Assembly (NCBI GenBank): GCA_018056165.1
Contig: JAGPGD010000002.1
Coordinates: 7,686-71,685 of the forward strand
Origin: Paludibacteraceae bacterium
GTDB taxonomy: Bacteria > Bacteroidota > Bacteroidia > Bacteroidales > Paludibacteraceae
DNA length: 64,000 nucleotides
Direction of reading: 5' to 3'
Part shown: positions 60,843 through 64,000 of the stretch, in pieces
Layout: the number at the start of each line of letters is the position of its first letter
Numbering within the stretch: the first letter of the stretch is position 1
Position numbers and translations under genes: made by a program
Notes under the pieces: generated by a model
The model's input: the letters and a program-made list of their open reading frames with translations, nothing else
What the model was told of the DNA's origin: nothing
Database searches by the model: none

Positions 60843-61460
60843 TTATTTTTTCTTCAAAATATTTTTATACATCCGATTAAAATCTGCAGCTTCTTCGGCA
60901 AAATTATATTCTTGGGGGTTCCATTCTTCATCCGATTCTAAGCCCAGCCATTCAAGCATTTCCTCTCGCTCAGGATTCGATTTGTCGGCTATAGCCTCTT
61001 TCAATTCTTCATATCCCCAAGGTCCGCCACAATCTTCAGGTGGACAGGCCCCTTTGCCATTCAACAAAGTTGCCGATGGAGAGTTGTCGGTTTCGTCGAT
61101 TTTTTCCAATGTGATCTTGTGAACCCAATTGTCCCCAAAATCATAGATATACATAAAAGTTTGCCCTTCTGTATTGAAAATATCCGAAATTTTGGTTTTC
61201 TTAGCATTCATCTTTCCAGTTGAATTTCTCGAAAGAAAAGAAGAGAAATCATTTGCATTTCTATCCGGGTTAGCCTCTATCATGGGACTTGATCCATAAC
61301 CCGAAGGCGAAAAAGCATACATATGCTCATTCTCCCATCCAAATGCATCTTGAATGATATTATGAAACTGGTCGAAAGTAATTTCCGACGGCACAAGTAC
61401 TCGTCGCCATACTGGCGGTTTAGTAACGTCTTGTAATTGAATTTTAAATTGAAAAGTCAT
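60843..61460 (-). CDS. Plasmid pRiA4b ORF-3-like (PRiA4_ORF3 / MM3350-like) domain protein
   Basis: FKIQLQDVTKPPVWRRVLVPSEITFDQFHNIIQDAFGWENEHMY, YIYDFGDNWVHKITLEKI and CPPEDCGGPWGYEELKE are the signature blocks of this family. 205 aa. Confidence 0.8.
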   Translation of the reverse strand: MTFQFKIQLQDVTKPPVWRRVLVPSEITFDQFHNIIQDAFGWENEHMYAFSPSGYGSSPMIEANPDRNANDFSSFLSRNSTGKMNAKKTKISDIFNTEGQTFMYIYDFGDNWVHKITLEKIDETDNSPSATLLNGKGACPPEDCGGPWGYEELKEAIADKSNPEREEMLEWLGLESDEEWNPQEYNFAEEAADFNRMYKNILKKK

Positions 61461-61587
61461 AAGATTGATTTTTTTAGTTGTTTATAAAATTTATTGATTT
61501 ACGTCAGGTCTCTAAAGTAATTTGAATTTTTACTCATGTTTTGTTTTTGAAATGGGTGCCGGTAATATATAAAATAGAAAATACTTT

Positions 61588-64000
61588 TTACAAATAAATT
61601 GATAAATCATTTATTCCTATTAATCCATTAGTTTCATTATAATCTAACGGAACTATATATATATCATAAAGCCAGTTTTTTAATTTGTAAAAGTTTTCTT
61701 TGGTATTCTCTTCAATAGAGTCATTTATTTTTATTCTATTTATAAGTTGATTTGATTCATATAAGGATTCTTTAATTTTATTACGTTGAACACTTACAAC
61801 ATATTTAGATAATAATTCATCCTTAAAATGTGTATAAGCATATTTTTGCTTAAAATTAAAAGTATTTAATTCCTGGATAAAATTATCTGTTTCTTTCTCT
61901 GCAACAACGGATACATCATTAATTTCGCGGAAAATCTTTTGTGCTTCACTTTTACGATCAGACATAAAGCCCGCATCAAGTATCTCCAACATATTATAAA
62001 AATCCTTCAAATATTCGCCATTTACTGGTAAACTCTTGTAAAGAGCATCAATTAAATAGGCCTTATTTGATTCACTTAATTTGAATGATTCAGTTGTTAG
62101 CGATTCCAATTTAAGTTTGTTAAGTTTGACCTTTTGATCTCCGTTCCATTTCTTTATTTCTTCAGTAGCGATTCCCCCCTTATAGATTAAATTAACATCT
62201 TCCAGAAATTTTAAACTGGTACGTAAGAGTTCATCGTTATAAACATGTCCCTGTCCTGACTCATAAACTTGTTTCCCTTTTTTATTTGTACCATTGTAAA
62301 CTAAAATGAAAACATTTTCTGGAATATCTTCCTCTCTTTCAAACTGATCAAAAAGTGTCAATTCTTTTTGAAAAGTTTTCTTCCTATTTATCTTATATCT
62401 TCTTCCTATGATTTCATTCAAATCTTGATTTTTGGGATGTGCTTCTCTTAGAACGCGTCCCATTCGTTGAATTAATGCATCCCATGGAGCCAGTTCAGTA
62501 AACAGAAAATCAGCATCCAAATCAAGTGAAGCTTCTACAACTTGTGTAGCAACTAAAATTTTAGGACGCTTATCTGCTCTTGATTTATCGTTATTTCCAA
62601 TAAATTCTGATAGCATATCTTCTTTTTCTTTTCGATGTTTTTGAGTAAAACGGGAATGAAATAATTTGACATCTACCCCTTTAGCGACTTTACACAAATC
62701 GTCAAAAATTGCTTGGGCTTGTTTGACGGTATTCATGACAACCAAAACACGACTGCCATTATTTTCTTCCGATTTTTGAATTATTTCTGTGATCAGTTCA
62801 TTCGAATAAGAAAGCTGCTCGTCTTTGTAATTCTGCACTTTAAGCTGCACTTTATGTTTTGTAAAATTAGCTACATCACTTTCAAAAAGATTCAATTCTT
62901 GATAATTCTTACTTTCATCCCCATTTTTAAACCGTCTATCAATTTCATTCCTGATAAAATCGGGTAAAGTAGCAGTCATCAATAAGAATTTTCCACCCAT
63001 TTGATCAACATGTTCAATAAACTTCACTATTATTGCTGCGGCTTTCGGATCATAAGCCTGAATTTCATCAATAATTAGTCGCGAATAGGAAAATTTGGCA
63101 AAAATTTTCTCATACGATGGCGGACGCAAAGCATAAGGGAAAAATTGATCACCTGTGGAAATAATTGCAGGATAAGACAACTGACGAGAGAAATCATAAA
63201 TTTTCATTGATTCAGTTTCACCACCTTCACCCAAAATATATACATCAGCATCAGAATGCAAGATTCCCGTTTTATTATCCCCAAAAATTCTTTTAGTTCT
63301 GTTATATATTTGATTTACTGCAGTACGTAATGGCAACGTATAAAAAAACTTTTCACCATTTGACCATAAATAAGAAAATTCTGTTTTACCAATGCCGGTA
63401 GGTGCAAGAAGAATAGTATTATGGTCTTTATATTTATCAACCTCTTGAAATTGCCAAATTTTCGAGCTATCGAAATATTCAATTTTCCCTTTTAATTCTT
63501 TGTCTATTTTCCTTTTAATTTCGTCAAAAAGCAATCCATTTATTTCCACCATTTCACTGTTAATCATTTCGCTGCCCTCAGTTTCCAAAAAAGAAGCAAA
63601 ATGATCACAGATCATGGTAAATCCACTAATCAAAATCCAATCTTTCAATTCTGATGACTCCATCTCTATTCTTTTCGGCATTCTATAAAGCAAATATGGA
63701 GGAATCACATAATCGGCAAAACGTATCCCGTTTGTTAATCCAGCCAGCCATTTTGTATTAATAGAAATCTTTATATCCTCATTTCCTATTTTGGAATAAA
63801 CAGCTTTTAGATTTTCTTCGATCTGTTTCCATTTATTTTGGTCGTCGACAAGTTTGAGCAAACGTTCAAAAACATCCGTAAAGCCTTCTACAATATCGTA
63901 AAAATTATCTCTCCAATGGTGATAAGCTATGGCTGATATGATATATTTCGAATAATTTTCTATTTTTTCCTCATCATTACCAAAAATGGTTTCCAAACGC
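61588..64000 (-). CDS. cas3: CRISPR-associated helicase/nuclease Cas3; N-terminal HD part continues beyond the window
   Basis: SF2 helicase motifs LLAPTGIGKTEF (I), IIDEIQAYD (II), MTATLP (III) and VATQVVEASLDLDADFLFTELAPWDALIQRMGRVLR (V/VI). The HD-domain tail ..AIAYHHW.. lies at the window edge. The first track codon (63996) is a TTG in a frame that stays open to nt 64000. Confidence 0.85.
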   Translation of the reverse strand, partial: RLETIFGNDEEKIENYSKYIISAIAYHHWRDNFYDIVEGFTDVFERLLKLVDDQNKWKQIEENLKAVYSKIGNEDIKISINTKWLAGLTNGIRFADYVIPPYLLYRMPKRIEMESSELKDWILISGFTMICDHFASFLETEGSEMINSEMVEINGLLFDEIKRKIDKELKGKIEYFDSSKIWQFQEVDKYKDHNTILLAPTGIGKTEFSYLWSNGEKFFYTLPLRTAVNQIYNRTKRIFGDNKTGILHSDADVYILGEGGETESMKIYDFSRQLSYPAIISTGDQFFPYALRPPSYEKIFAKFSYSRLIIDEIQAYDPKAAAIIVKFIEHVDQMGGKFLLMTATLPDFIRNEIDRRFKNGDESKNYQELNLFESDVANFTKHKVQLKVQNYKDEQLSYSNELITEIIQKSEENNGSRVLVVMNTVKQAQAIFDDLCKVAKGVDVKLFHSRFTQKHRKEKEDMLSEFIGNNDKSRADKRPKILVATQVVEASLDLDADFLFTELAPWDALIQRMGRVLREAHPKNQDLNEIIGRRYKINRKKTFQKELTLFDQFEREEDIPENVFILVYNGTNKKGKQVYESGQGHVYNDELLRTSLKFLEDVNLIYKGGIATEEIKKWNGDQKVKLNKLKLESLTTESFKLSESNKAYLIDALYKSLPVNGEYLKDFYNMLEILDAGFMSDRKSEAQKIFREINDVSVVAEKETDNFIQELNTFNFKQKYAYTHFKDELLSKYVVSVQRNKIKESLYESNQLINRIKINDSIEENTKENFYKLKNWLYDIYIVPLDYNETNGLIGINDLSIYL

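Overview
Low-GC, Bacteroidota-like chromosomal window (frdCAB-type succinate dehydrogenase/fumarate reductase operon, pckA, recurring TAnnTTTG -7 promoter boxes). The left ~35 kb is mostly housekeeping: ampG fragment, prephenate dehydrogenase-like gene, sdh/frd operon, a single-chain fused carA-carB carbamoyl-phosphate synthase, tRNA-Pro(GGG), cinA, pckA, dut, an EnvC-like M23 protein, lptC, coaX, hisG and nadK. It is interrupted at 2.6-7.9 kb by a small accessory islet: a 1303-aa single-chain type IIG restriction-modification enzyme, then a RAYT/IS200-like Y1 transposase embedded in tandem 143-bp units that carry a perfect 28-bp palindrome. One copy of the palindrome lies inside the transposase CDS. 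The right ~29 kb (35.4 kb to the window end) is a composite CRISPR-Cas island, all on the minus strand. It holds cas3 (partial, runs off the window), a pRiA4b-ORF3-like gene, cas4, a four-helix-bundle (IVS-like) gene bracketed by inverted GGTGAT repeats, cas1 and cas2. A leader follows, then a 13.7-kb array (211 repeats of 29 nt and 210 spacers by hand count). Next is a six-gene type III effector operon in the order cmr1-cmr6-cas10-cmr4-cmr5-cmr3. That order, plus a Cas10 with an HD domain but no GGDD motif, fits the poorly studied subtype III-C. No cas6, CARF or other ancillary effector gene is visible. Two solo CRISPR repeats lie beyond the type III operon. They bracket a 1968-bp segment containing a truncated nitrilase-family gene and a PagL-like outer-membrane gene. 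The array has three blocks of repeat variants and many re-acquired, offset or antisense-overlapping spacers. All calls rest on reading the translations and the DNA by eye; no database search was possible.
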